Of a stretch of DNA of 64,000 bases, positions 24,501 to 37,579 are shown in pieces. Where the stretch lies: the NCBI GenBank assembly GCA_030704615.1, contig CM060732.1, positions 7,626,001 to 7,690,000 on the forward strand, read 5' to 3'. Origin of the DNA: Takakia lepidozioides. Its lineage: Eukaryota; Plantae; Bryophyta. The notes beneath the pieces were generated by a model. The model saw only the letters and a program-made list of their open reading frames with translations. It did not search any database and was not told where the DNA came from. The translations under genes were made by a program, and so were the position numbers. Within the stretch, counting starts at the first letter, position 1; each line of letters begins with the position of its first letter.

Positions 24501-25482
24501 CCGAGATTGCAAAACACTATTCTCGGGCCATGCAGCCGACCATGCAGTTGGAGAAATTGCATCACCTCTCAACGGCATGTGTTGAGGCGAAATAGAAGTT
24601 GAGGTTTCAATGCACTGAAGTTCTTTCCTAGCAATAGCCACTCTTCTTCCTGCTCTTGACATTGGATCGGAAATGGCAGACACGGTGGCTATCAATCTGG
24701 AATGCATTGGAGAGTATAAGGACAATGTGGTCTTTTCCACTCGAAGTTTCCGACCCTGCAGTGGATGTGTGGCTCAACCGCATGACTTGGTGGTTCCAAG
24801 TAATTCAAGGTACTTCCCCAGATTTGCTTTTCTGAAATGAATTCCCTGAACTGCTACGTGACAATGCATGTGGGAATCGCAGGTAATGATGAATGCGAAA
24901 GAGCAAGTCGTAATGCATACAAATTCGTTCGGCTTGTACGTCAAATGGGATGGAACACAGACATTGGAAGACTACGTGACACGTTTCAGATGTGCGTACA
25001 AGGACAACCTCTTCGCCAGGGAGCTGCAGACAGCAAGAAGAAGCGTGGAGTTTACACATCAGGAGGAAGCGGGAAAAACTGCAATGTGAATTGTTTACAG
25101 GTGAAGCCCAGCTGTCCTTGTATGCGAAGCCTGGTGAGGTTAGCTATTTCATGAGCATGAGCGGCATGAGCGGAGTAGCAAGACAATCGGTTTTCATGAG
25201 CAGAAGTACAAATTTTAGAAATAAAAAACATTAAAAAAACATTATTTTTAATGGAATGTGTCAGGAAAAAAAAAAAAAAAAAAAAAAACCAATATAATAT
25301 TCATTGTTTGAAGTAAAAATTGTAGTTTGGAGAGCCGTGCTCATGATATTTCGTCTTCCGCTCATGTGAATTCCGAGCGACATCTGCAAAAATGGCGCCG
25401 AATTTCGCGGCTATAGGTCCCAACATGGCAGGTGTGTAAGCCCAAAATTTGGAAATGTGGCGCCGAATTTCGGTACATGATG

Positions 25483-27143
25483 TCAGGGATTGCACAGATG
25501 TTGGGCAGTTCTTGGGCCATGTAACTGGAGATTCGACGCCATTTTCTCAGACATCGGACTTGCGGTACTCGACGAGACCTCCTCGGGCAACATCACGGGA
25601 CCACGAGGGAGCGTGCGAATATTCTTGTCAGCTCGCCATGAATCCTCTTCTCCGCCAGGTACCTCGTCAAGTCTTCGTCTCACTGGACGGGTGTGAACAT
25701 CTCATTTCAAGTGTTGGCCACTTTGAAGCAATGGCGTGCCCCGAAGGCCCTCTCGCAAGGCTGCCGCCCACTTGCGAGGATTCTTCGATCTGGAGGCAGT
25801 CTGCATCAGCATTTCCTGCCTGTCTGGCCCCAAGCCCCACTGTTTCCCTTTCAAGAACTCGTTGTACCTGCATTGCTGCATAATTGACCTCACAATGTCC
25901 TCCGTTGTGGCAGTGAGGATGTCCACCAGATGCGCCGCAGAGGAGGCACGCCAGGAAGAATGTACTGATTCGGCCATGTTTGTTGTCGGCATGTCGGTGT
26001 CGGAGTCGAGACACATTTCCTGCACATGCGCATGTTCAGGTTACAAACAAATTACAAATAATGAGTAGCTAGCATAATATTCAACGGGACGCAAATTTGT
26101 CCAACTCACCTCCCGCATATAGTCGCCAAACTGGAGGAAACGATAATGCCACCATGCTAGCCAACTGACCATTGCTCCCTCGTCTGATTTCTTTATAGCA
26201 CCTGACGTTGTCCACCAAGCCCGTATACATGCAAACTTTGTCTCTGCATCATCCAAGGTGGGAGCACACTTCCACGCAAGATACATGGAACGGTGCTCCT
26301 CTCTGAAATCTGGCGCCACGAGCCTGGTTGTGTACTGCGACAAGCTCTGCAAAAAATGGAACCCACAAGATCTCTCCTTGCTTTTCATCGGAGCATTGGG
26401 GTCTTCCCCGTACACCCTTCGGATGGTAGCCCAATTTGCTTGTGCTTGTCCGCCATGAAACCACGAAAATTGGGAGGGGGAAATCCTGCCCTGGCCATCT
26501 GTTCGTTTATTCCCTGCCAAAGAAGCATCTTCGATTGTGTGTCCTCTCCTTTCATCTCACAAATAACAATTGTCATTAACATCCTGCAGTGGGTGTCGTA
26601 GACATGTGCACCCATTGTCACCCACTGGTGATTTGTAATTCGCTTGATATGGTCGAACATGGCCTAACTGTTTGACAAGTCCCCACTCGTCATCCGGTGG
26701 ACCAGTTCGACGCCGCTGCCAGGCCCACACGTTGACATTTTGAATACGAAACAGCGATCTACCTCAGTCCCTTGTCCTGGAAATCTACTTCCATGAATGT
26801 AGTCATATCCACATCGTCGCGTCACCTCCAGAATGGAGTGCATATCCGAGCCACGCCCAATTCTCTGTTTGCAGGAGACAATGTGGTTTCGGACATTCGG
26901 TGAACAAACGTGGAACACCGACTCCAGCAATGCCTCCATTTCCTTTTCATCGAGAGGAACTCTGTCGGAGCCGTCTTCCGACATAATTCTGGCCAATGCC
27001 ATCTTATGGGCAGCCTGCAGCTGTATCTGTTTGGGTTTGGCACCAGGTCTCAACTGAACCTCCTCTTGAACGAGCTGCTCTGCCTCGTGGGCAGCCTCCC
27101 GCGAGTTACCCCTCGTCAATTTGTGACAATGGGAACCAACGTG
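25483..27143 (-). pseudogene. MULE DDE transposase, 5'-truncated
   Basis: HVGSHCH zinc-finger remnant, MFDH (D1), FMAD (D2), CGFH (CxxH), WLAWW, TTNMAESVH (E); intron at ~26024-26110. Confidence 0.8.
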
Positions 27144-27144
27144 T

Positions 27145-28560
27145 CGGATGAAGTCGTCTCAGGGGGATAGGCCGACACCTGGCCGATTGGGAATATCCCT
27201 CGGATGGAAAAACGGCGCCGAATTTCCATTAGAGACCGTTCGGATGAAGTTGTCTCGGGGGGAGAGGCCGACACCTGGCCGACAGAGAACATCCCACGGA
27301 TGGAAAAATGGCGCCGAATTTCAATACGAGGCCCGTCAGATGAAGTCGTCTTGGAGGAGAGGCCGACACCTGGCCGACAGAGAACATCCCTCGGATGGAA
27401 AAACGGCGCCGAATCTCCAATGAGGCCGTTCGGATGAAGTTGTCTCGGGGGTAAAGGCCGACACCTGGCCTACAGAGAATATCCCCCGGATGGCAAAACG
27501 GCGCCGAATTTCCATCCGAGGCCGTTCGGATGAAGTTGTATCGGGGGGAGAGGCCGACACCTGGCCGACAGAGAACATTCCCCGGGATGGAAAAACGGCG
27601 CCGAATTTCCATCCGAGGCCGTTCGGATGAAGTCGTCTCGGGGGGAGAGGCCGACACCTGGCCGACAGAGAATATCCATCGGATGGAAAAATGGCGCCGA
27701 ATTTCCATCCGAGGCCGTTCAGATGAAATCGTCTCGTGGGGCGAGGACGACACCTGCCGGACAGAGAACATCCCTCGGATGGAAAAACGGCGCCGAATTT
27801 CCATCCGAGGCCGTTCGGATGAAGTCGTCTCGGGGGGAGAGGCCGACACCTGGCCGACAAAGAACATCCATCGCATGGAAAAACAGCGCCGAATTTCCAT
27901 ACGAGGCCCGTCGGATGAAGTCGTCTCGGGGGGAGAGGCCGACACCTGGCCGACAGAGAATATCCCCCGGATGGAAAAACGGCGCCGAATTTCCATCCGA
28001 GGCCGTTCGGATGAAGTCGTCTTGTGGGGAGAGGACAACACCTGGCCGACATAGAACATCCCTCGGATGGAAAAACGGCGCCGAATTTCCATCCGAGGCC
28101 GTTTGGATGAAGTCGTCTCGGGGGAGAGGCCGACACCTGGCCGACAGAGAACATCCCCGGATGGAAAAACGGCGCCGAATTTCCATCCGAGGCCGTTCGG
28201 ATGAAGTCGTCTCGGGGGGAGAGGCGGACACCTGGCCGACAGAGAACATTCCCCGGATGGAAAAACGGCGCCGAATTTCCATTCAAGGCCCGTCGGATGA
28301 AGTCGTCTCGGGGGGAGAGGCCGACACCTGGCCGACAGAGAACATCCCCCGGATGGAAAAAACGGCGCCGAATTTCAGGACGAGGCCCGTCGGATGAAGT
28401 CGTCTCGGGGGGAGAGGCCGACATCTAGCCGACAGAGAACATCCCTCGAATGGAAAAACGGCGCCGTATTTCCATCCAAGGCCGCACGGATGGAGTCGTC
28501 TCGGGGGGAGTGGCCGAAAGAGATCATTTGCAGGATGGAAAAACGGCGCCGAATATCCGT
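27145..28560. repeat. 96-bp tandem satellite (about 14-15 units), each with a CGGCGCCG-centred hairpin
   Basis: Unit cggatgaagtcgtctcggggggagaggccgacacctggccgacagagaacatccctcggatggaaaaacggcgccgaatttccatccgaggccgtt; unit starts at 27241 and 27337. Confidence 0.95.
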
Positions 28561-28704
28561 CAACAGACGCCCGTATCGACCCTTCATCAACAATTTTGAT
28601 TCGTTTTTCGCCTTTTTTTGTCTAATCAGTCACTCAACTTAGAGTTTTTCGCCTGCGGTCCACTTTTTGGCACGTTATGCCCACCAATGTCGTCCGGTAG
28701 AGAC

Positions 28705-29125
28705 AAATTCGGTGCCGGATTTCCATCCATGAGGTGGACCGATTTACTTGCAGGATGGAAAATTCGGCGCCGGTTTTCCATCCTGGAGCGCTCCGGTTTA
28801 CATGCAAGATGGAAATTCGGCGCCGGTTTTCCATCCTGCAGCCCTCCGGTTCACCTGCAGGATGGAAATTTGGCACCGGTTTTCCATCCGGCCGCGATCC
28901 CGCTTGCCTGCAGGATGGAAATTCGGCGCCGGTTTTCCATCCTGCAGCGCTCCGGTTTACCTGCTGAATGGAAATTCGGCGCTGGTTTTCCATCCGGCTG
29001 CTTTGGATGAGAACGTCTCGGGCGGAGGGAGGGCCACGGTGCGTCCCACTTCATCCGCTGAATGGAAATTCGGCGCCGTTTGTTTCCATCCAGCGGGCTG
29101 TTGATGAAGTCTCGGGGGGAGGGCG
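28705..29125. repeat. ~53-bp tandem array with the same hairpin, core in inverted orientation
   Basis: Repeated ggatggaaattcggcgccggttttccatcc. Confidence 0.85.
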
Positions 29126-29594
29126 GGCCAAGTGGCGCCTGTGGGCGACCTCCATACCTACATTTAAGGGCGGTGTTGCGCATTAAATGTCCTCCGCCGT
29201 CTGTTTTGAACCGGACGTTCCACACGGATACCGCGCTTGCTTCCCGGATACGCCTTCGACACCTGATGTGACGGGTGGATGAAGTTCCATTCGAGGCATG
29301 TACGCACGCATTCTGCGGGAGATTTTTTCTTTTACTCGGACTTATGCCGCGTGGAGAAGGGCGTGGCTCTCTTGAGAGAAACCCCACATCTAGACCGCGT
29401 CGCAAACTGAAGCCTTTGTACTACGGGCGGCAATGCGGCAATGCCGACCAGCCGAACGGCAACAAAGCGGCAACGCGCCTTCTATACAGGTACATACGCA
29501 TTGCCTTTCTTTGATCCGTGGCCATTGTAGTCCCTACATTTCCAGGATGTAAGTTGCCTTATGTGGCGCATGAAAATTAGTTGTGAAGCCCCTA

Positions 29595-29900
29595 GAAAAA
29601 TGGCGCCGAATTTCTTGTTTCCGGCCATGGGGCGGATGGCTAAGCCCCGGGGGTGGCTGGCACAGTTTGGAAATTCGGCGCCATTTTTCCAGTTCCGGGC
29701 CCAGTCAGTTCTGGGACTTAACCATTTTCGGACCCTGTACTGGAAAAATGGCGCCACTTTTCCAGTACAGGGTCCGAAAATGGCTAAGTCCCTGGGGCGG
29801 ATGCCACATATTCTGGAAATTCAGCGACATTTTTCCAGTTCCGAGCCCAGACAGATCTGGGACTTAGCCATTTTCGGACCCAGTCTGGAAAAATGGATGT
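29595..29900. repeat. Degenerate inverted and direct repeats with the GGCGCC palindrome core
   Basis: gaaaaatggcgccgaatttc, ggaaattcggcgccattttt, and the long inverted repeat ggaccctgtactggaaaaa...ttttccagtacagggtcc. Confidence 0.75.
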
Positions 29901-29974
29901 GATTTTCTATCTGTGTTTTTTGAAAGTAGGTACTGTAAGTTCTCCCTATTGGAGAAAGGTCATCTGTCCTTCTA

Positions 29975-30606
29975 GCCGCCATTCTTCCTCGCATGGAGGA
30001 ACCCTGGAGCTGACTCCATGTACACTGACGTTATCGTGAAGGAGTGGCATCTGGAGCATTTGCGTGACTGCCCTTGGTATGTGGACCTTCCGCCCGGCTC
30101 ACTTGACTCATCCGAGTTCCAATTGAAGCTGGATGCGGAGGCCCGACCAAACCGAGCTCCGCTGGGTCCAAAGGAAGCGAAAGCGCTTGTCAAGTCCAGG
30201 AAAGCGGCAGAGCTTGCTTAGGCAGGTATTCAGGAGAAATTGAATGAGAAGAATAAAGGACAAATGAAAAGGACACGGAAACAGGGGAGTAAAGTAACCC
30301 CCAAAAAACAGAAAACCACCGGGGCACCAGAGGCGGCGCAGGAGGGGCCCCAAGGGAATGACTCCGATGACAACTTTGTGCAAGGTCCTGCGACTGCTGC
30401 TGCTGCTACCAAGTCACCAGTCGTCCGGGTTTCCAAGTCAGTTCGGACTGGGACTGGCTGTGCCAAGAAGTTGGCATTTGAGGGCGAGCCTACACGGCGG
30501 TATTCGGCGGTGACGTTTCCGCAAAGGCCAAAGTTAGAATCCCCAACTATCATCCAATGCGTCAATGAGAGCTTTCTTGATGCTTTGGCTGCCAGGGCGA
30601 AGAAGG
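29975..30606 (+). pseudogene. 5' part of the amino-MTase-like cargo gene (interrupted by the retrotransposon at 30607)
   Basis: PPFFLAW...LRDCPWY...CVNESFLDALAARAKK continues in frame as VAHNKSLEELKGK after the second TSD copy (42434-42437). Confidence 0.7.
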
Positions 30607-30956
30607 TGTCAAGTTAAATAAGCACGGTGTGAAACTAACTAGAATAAAGCTAGTTATTTGTATTTAACACTTGGATTTAGGTCAAGTGTTAAATCAGGTG
30701 TCAAGTTTAGTTTGACATCTGAACCGTCTTATCTTCACGAGAGCGTCAATCGCGCAGCTCATCTCTCTCGAGTTGAGCCTGCGTGACCGAGCTCCTTCAT
30801 CGTTTAGAACTGAGTGTGCTTATGATGGGAGGATAGGTTGATGTGGGGTGGAGTCCCCATAGCTTGGGGTGCCCCTGGCTCGACTATTATCTTAAAGAGT
30901 GATAGCGATGGATTTCATGTTTCTTGTGTGAACAGTGTGTTCTTAGCTTTCTATCA
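30607..30956 (+). repeat. Terminal repeat A1 (350 bp, TG...CA)
   Basis: Two mismatches to 41998-42347 by eye. Confidence 0.95.
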
Positions 30957-30970
30957 CTCGAGAGAGATGA
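30956..30970 (+). other. Self-priming-type PBS
   Basis: ACTCGAGAGAGATGA is the exact reverse complement of 30759-30773 inside A1; no TGG tRNA-type PBS is present. Confidence 0.7.
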
Positions 30971-33900
30971 CCTCTTACCTGTGAGTGCAAGGTAGGAGTT
31001 GAGGGTTAGCACTTGTGGTTTTTGTTTTGAAAATGAGAGAGAGACCAGTCTCTCAATTCGCCTTCCATACACTTGAGAACCCATGGCATGGCTCAGAGAC
31101 AGCGGGTCTGAAGTGAGGTCATTATGGTCTGACGACTCTCTGTCACAAACGGCAGAGATGCAAACTTACTGAACTCAATTAGAGATATGTTAAGATATTT
31201 GATTGCGATGGGGTAGGTCACAAATGGAGAAGTGATATTAGGTTACATTCAGAAGGGGAGAAAAAGGTGAAGGATTTGATAGCAAAGATATGAGCGCACA
31301 TCGTGAGGCAGTACGCAGGCTGGTGGGGTGCATGGGTGAAGGATGCCAGAGCTGCGTAGTGGAGCGCGCCAACCCCGCTCTCCACCACAGGTGCCAGCAG
31401 TAGCTGCTGCATACCCTGAGGCCGCGGCGCACAGTTGGTTCAACACAGGAGGTTGCTCCAGTGCGAGATCGTGTCAGAACGCGCGCTGCAAAGAGGCAGT
31501 GGTTGTTGTGACTAGGGTTGGGAGTCGAGGTAAGGGTACTGGGAGTGGGCGTGTCGCAAAGCAGACTCGGAATACAAAGGCTGTTGCTCAACCCAGGGCA
31601 GCCCCTGCACCAAAGCAGAGGGACTTAGGGAGGGCCAAGCAAGTTTCATCCAGATCTCACTCCTCGGAGCAGCGGCGGTCTCAAGATCATTGTATTGCTG
31701 AAGACGAAGTTGAAGCAGACTTAGATCTAGAGGAGAATAGAGCAGAGGAGTAGCAGGGGAGAAGTGTGACGCAGGCTTTCAACGCTGTCGGTGCCCATCA
31801 GCTTGCGAATTGCTGCCTCGGCCTTTGCTTGTGGAAGCAGTGCTGGTGTGAATGGGGGCTGCTAAGTGCTTTTACTGCAGGAATCTGAAGCATTTAATGC
31901 CTATGGTGAGGCCTTACGAAGATTTTGCAGCCTGATTCCAGGCCTAATTGCCATGTGCATTGGCGGCTATGTCTTCACACTGGAAATGTGGCTGGAATTG
32001 AATGAATCCAGGGTGTTTTGATGCTTCTGGACCTGCACATTGAGGGCTATGCAGCCTGGCATCTGAAATTTAGGCCTGATTACCAGGCTTTTCATGTGCA
32101 AGTGCGGCTGGTTTCCCTTACTTTTGGACTGGATCCCCAGATGTAAGGGAGCTAGTGATGAAGCCATTCCAGCTCCTCCTGATGCTGAGTCGACTGATGA
32201 AGAAGAGGCTGTGGGCAGCCCTGCTCCTTCCACTTGCTTCCTGGTTCTCTGCAGCTCCATTCGGTGGTTCCACTCTCCCACACCGAACCAAGGGCTAGCG
32301 AAATAGAGGCAGCGGCTGGGAAGGGCTGAGCAGAACCAGGAGCTGGTAGGAGCTGATGGGCATCTCTGCTGCATGGTTTTGGAGATTGACGAGCATGCAA
32401 GCTCATGTGCAACCCTTTGATCAGGTATTGGACCAAAACTTGCGATGGACTGAGTGCCCACCCTGGATGGCCTGTTTGGCATCCATAATTGTTTCCCCTG
32501 CGAGATATGAAGCCAATGTTGTAGGGGCTTACTGGCATGACCAAATTGTGGATCGACAAAAGGGCTCGGAAATCAGCTACATGAACTAAGAATTCACCGC
32601 TACTTGACTACGCTTTCTGTTCACGATACCAGTGCCTTATGCAATGAGATCCGGTTTACTGGAGGACGAGGGGATTGCTACTGTCTGTCCTACACAGTAA
32701 GCAGCCATTGTGTTTGTAAGAGCATGACACTAGAAAATGGCTGTGGATGAAAGATGTTTGGTATTCACCTCCAATCTGAGGTGAGTCCTTCCACAAATTC
32801 ATGACCTGCATGGGAAGGTCTTTGTGATGTGGGGCGAGCTGGGCCTGCTGGTACAAATGGGTCTTTTTGTTGCTAGAAAGGAAGCATGCAGTCGCTGTCT
32901 GGGCACTCCGACAAAAGACCCAGTGACTCCTCAACCTTAACAAGACCCAATCCTTCAAAAAGCACTAGCTCCACAATTGGGTGGGCAGCTGGTTGATGAG
33001 ATGAGAAGTAGCAATGTTCTCCTCATACTCGGTACACTGCAGCCTGCACGCATGGAGACGAACTCTGTAACCGCGTCCTGTGCTCCCATTTGTCAGGGAG
33101 GGAAGCTGAGTGCATGGCATTAGGGTGTGCAGTGGAAGGGGTAGATCGATCGCACCGAGCATGGTCTGTGGTTTGCAGAGTGGGAGAAGACAATGTTTGG
33201 TGTGTAGAAGAGGAGAGTAATGGTGGTCTGCCCAGATTCCTGTTGGCATTGGTGAGGTGTGCTTCCACTGTAAGGGCGCCGCCCGCTGCGGAGGATATGC
33301 CGATGGCAGCTGGTGGTGGTTGTGATGTCAGGGCCCCCATAGAGCCCGGCTGCGGTGAATGGAGCAGCGAATGGGGCAGCAGTGAATGGGAGTTCAAGTA
33401 GAGCCAGCGGCTGGAGAGCATGAGAGTGGGAGACTGTGGACTCACCAGGTGACACTTGGTGTATGAGCGGGATATGAGCTGAAGGGGCCCAGCTCAACTA
33501 CACGAGACCGCTCGGTCTATGTTACAATCCAGAACTTGAGGGCAGCCTGTGCCAACTCCATGTAAAGGCTTACACACAATCAGTGATAGCAGATCTGTTG
33601 TTGCCACCTTGAAAAATCAGCACGCATGAAGGGCTGTAAGCGTTCTTGATCAAGCTAGTTAGCTCTGGTGCTTTCCGGGGTTGCATTGTAATGCTTGCTT
33701 TTGTTGGGAATATTGGTGCAAAGGATTAAGGCTCGGCATAGCTACGGATCTCGACTGGAGGAGAGCAGGTCACTGGTAACCAAGAGCTGTGGGGGGTGCA
33801 TTTGTAAACACAACTGAATCCTAGGAATTATAGGGCACGTGGCCAGGGAACCTAGGAAACCATATAGACTTAGGGAACCGGGAACCAGTTACCAGATATT

Positions 33901-34214
33901 TTGGGTGTAACTTTAAATTTTTTAATTTGAAAACCTTTAAAAAAAAAGGGGGGCGGGGGGGCTTTTGATCTAATTTAAATGATTTAAAGCCAAATTGGTC
34001 ATATCTTTGTCAAATGGACTCTGTTTGACTCAGTTCTTGAGGGGATAGCTGCAGAAAGGGAAATCTACCTATCTCGACCCGGTTTTAGTTTTTGGGACTC
34101 TGCTAAAAATCTATGGAATTTTTAGAGTGTGAGTGTGCCATGAAAGATCCACAATTCTGTTTCTAGAACCTGTTCTGGTCTACATGAGAGATAAATCTGG
34201 GATGTACTCCTTGT

Positions 34215-34971
34215 ATGGCTGGGGGAAATGAGGACGTCATTGAAGGGCAGGTCTCTTCTCTTAGCATGTGCACACAAGGGGACAGGATTTATGTTTCCCA
34301 AGGAACTCAGATTGATTTGAGTGGAGAACAGTTGGACGAGTTGATTGCATACTGGGAGTCGGGCATTAGCAGTGGACAACAAACTGCTGTAGTTGGCGTT
34401 GAGGGCCTCAATATTGCTTTGGACCGTCAGAACTCTGTTGGAGCCAGCAGTTCTGCAGCTGTAGGTGAAATACCAAAGTGGGTGAAAGCTAGGCTTGGAA
34501 CACACCCAAAGACAGCCCCGGGGACCAAGGTGTTCAACCACAAGGCTGTGGGTGTACTGGAGCAGAGGAGCAGGAGCTACACAAGTTTGTGCAATCAGAC
34601 ATGGTTGCAGCTGGACTCACTCTGCACAAGGCAACCATGAGCGGGGGTTCATTAGCAATGACAAGTTTGTTTTGCTTGAGGGAGATGCAGTCATTCGCAA
34701 TGAGGACACCAACCCTCAACAAAGCTTTCGAGTTGAGAGACTATCAGCCCTACCTTTGTTTTCTTTAGTGTTCAGTGAGCGGGAGATAGGGGAGTATTGT
34801 TCTGTCTCTACCTGGCAGAAAGAAGAGGAGGGTTGGGTAGAGCAAGCTACTGTAGCTTGGGACAAGGTTAGTGGCAGGTTTCTGGACATAGATATATCTC
34901 CTACACCTTACCATCATGCAGAGCGAGGCACTTTGAGAAGTCTGGCAGTTGATAGCATAGATCAGGATTAG
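34215..34971 (+). pseudogene. Extra ORF upstream of gag, unknown function, one frameshift
   Basis: Overlapping ORFs 34215-34640 and 34495-34971 join into one protein-like reading. Confidence 0.45.
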
Positions 34972-35469
34972 ATCTTGCTTGGTCGGGCTTCTATTCTTCC
35001 CCTCCATCTCTGTACTATTTTCATTACCTTGTACTTGTAGTTGCCAAAGCCTCTGTTGGTGGAGGCCAGTCAGTCCGGGGTTTTGGGCTGGGATATTCTG
35101 CAGGTCAGCACTGCAGATGGATTTTGGTGTGGGGGTGATGTTTTGATTTCTTGTGTTGGATCCCCCCCAACACCTGCATGCTTGATTGTGCGCCATGTTG
35201 GTTTTGTGTGGGCGCTTGCTTTCATAGGGAGGCCGGATTTGATCACCGGTCAATCCTATAGTATGCTGTCGTGGTGAGCTTGGAGTGATGACCAGCAAGA
35301 CCACCAGTTTTTCTTCTATGGTGAGACTAGGTTGATGACCAGCCCCATAGGAGTCTTTGCGGTGGATGAAGGTGCAGGTGCCCTGAGCCACTGGGATATG
35401 ACCCTTAAACTGCAACAGGTGCCTACCCGTGTCACTATTAGAATTAGTAATAGAGCCTTATAATATCAC

Positions 35470-37121
35470 GTGGGGGAGGTGCACATTGTGAGTGTCATCA
35501 CGGAGTTACCCAGGGGTTCTAAGGGGAGTACGGCTACAGGCAGTAGCAGTGAGAGTGGGTTCACCAGACGAGGTGTTCGTTTCAGACCACCTTCACCTCC
35601 ACCCTCACTAGTGCAGAGTCAGATACAGACTCGGAGGCTTCATCAACAGGTGTGCAGTTTCATTCGCCATTGTTGTGGGACGACATGGAGGAGATGTATG
35701 GAGCTACCAAGGGGCCTCGTAGGTACTCTGGAGCTGTGGGCACAATCGAGTTGGATGACTTTATCCAGGAGTTCGACAGCTGTTCTTTGCAGCAGATGCG
35801 CAATCCACAGCTATTCACCCCATTCATGTGGGAGGGACTGTTCCAGCATTTGGAAGGCCCGCCTATGGACGATTACCACGAGTTCAGGCGAGGACATGAA
35901 GCAGAAATTGAGGAGTGGACGATGTATTGGTCACCTGACTACGTCTCCATTACTCGAGGCACGATGCGACCAGTAGCTGCATCAGTACCAATATCTCCCA
36001 CTGCCAGCACTAGTAGTGGAGCAAGTAGTGCCGGTACTTCTGCAGGTGGTACCAGTTCAAAAGGTGCTACTACTCCTCCTGCCACGACTACAACACATGT
36101 GCCTAGATTCACCCGGTGGTGGAGTTCTTCCAGGAGTTGCGGAGGAACTACCAAGGTGTACGGACAGAGAAGCTGCTTTGCAAGACTTCCAGCGCAAACC
36201 CAGTGAGAGCCTGCGAGAGACGAACACTCGTATGAGGCGCTTGATAAGTGTGACCCAAGGGGTTACTGAAGCTCAGGCAATCCAGTTTTGGTATGGAATT
36301 CTGGACAAGGAGCTCAAGAGAAGGGTGCGAGATGCAACCCTGTTACACAAGCAGCCCAACCCACATTAGCAGATGTTGTTTTTTGCTGGCTGAGCGGATT
36401 GAGCTCAACATGGTGGAAGAGCGAGTTGTTACCATTGGATTTGGCAAGGACATGCCTGCACAAGGCGCTTGCCAGCCCACAGGCACAAAGACTGCCCAAG
36501 CAAGTTTCCCCAACCCAAGTTCCATGGAGCTTACAGGGGACCTCAGGTGCAGAGGCCAGTAGCATCTTTTGCAAGCCAACAACAACCAGGGGTGATATGT
36601 TGGACATGTGGAGGACCCCATGTCAAGAGAGATTGCCCAGAGAGTGGCAAAAGGCCGGCACAAGCACAGCCTACACAGTTTGTGGGCATTGTGGCAAGTA
36701 TGGGCATGGAGATGCCCAGTGTTATGACTTGCATCCTGAGTTGCGCCCAGGCCAGTTCCAAGGGAACATGGGGGGGCGAGGTGGACCAGCCCAGAGAGGA
36801 CGAGGTCGCCAGGCACGAGGCGCAGGCCAAGGGCAAGCGCAACATGGCCAAGGACGCGGAGGTCAGGGTGTTGACCAAGGCATGGCCAACCGGCTTCAGC
36901 AGCTAGAGCAGAGGCTCGCTGCCATGGCTATAGCTCAGGTGGTACCGGCTCCCAGGCAGGATGGTCCACCTCCTGCGCCTGAGGGAGGAGATATGGGAGG
37001 CATGGGATTCATGTGCGGAGCAGCACTACCACTAGTGCAAGTGGAGTCTGCTGCAGCCGTGACTCGAGGAGCAGCACGAGTTCCTGAGCCACGAGGTGCA
37101 GAGGTGGAATTGGATCCATAG
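35470..37121 (+). pseudogene. gag: gag, frameshifted, two zinc knuckles
   Basis: YSGAVGTIELDDFI...LEGP, LQDFQRKPSESLRE...FWYGILDKEL; CWTCGGPHVKRDC and CGHCGKYGHGDAQC. Confidence 0.8.
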
Positions 37122-37579
37122 CGTGGGGAGGCAAGCCGTCAGGCGAGGCTTCCTCAGTCATTCACATTGGCGGAGACTATGTCGACGCCATCCATGGCAC
37201 CTAGTTCTCGCCCGACTGTTACCGAGGCGGAGGTTACTATGCCATTGGGGAGAGCTACACGTGCAGCACTGACACCTGCTACCAAGGCTAGTGCAGCCGG
37301 TGTGTTGTTGGGGGCAACCACCTCTGTGTGTCAAGCCCCATTGTTCTCGGCAACCATGATTGCGACGTCGGGGGTAAGACCAGCTGCAGTGTTCAGACTA
37401 GCAGCAACACTCTGTGAGAGTGGGGAGGTCACTTCATCTTCTGCGGAGTTAGTGGAAGGTGTAGTGGCAGAGGGATCCTCGGATTTGAGGGTCAAGACTG
37501 CCACGGCTGCGCCATGGCAAGCTGCAGCTGCCAGGTTGACGGAGCTGCCAGCTAGGCCAACCTTTGAGCGCGCCATGGT

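Noticed and set aside
27145-28560. CRISPR-like array and long ORFs (up to 362 aa) in the 96-bp repeat
   Set aside because: Units repeat in full with no unique spacers and no cas genes; the ORFs arise from a stop-poor repeat whose length is a multiple of three.
33520-33787. Separate LTR (TG...CA) with an iMet-like PBS
   Set aside because: No second copy in the window and an imperfect PBS; kept only as a weak note.
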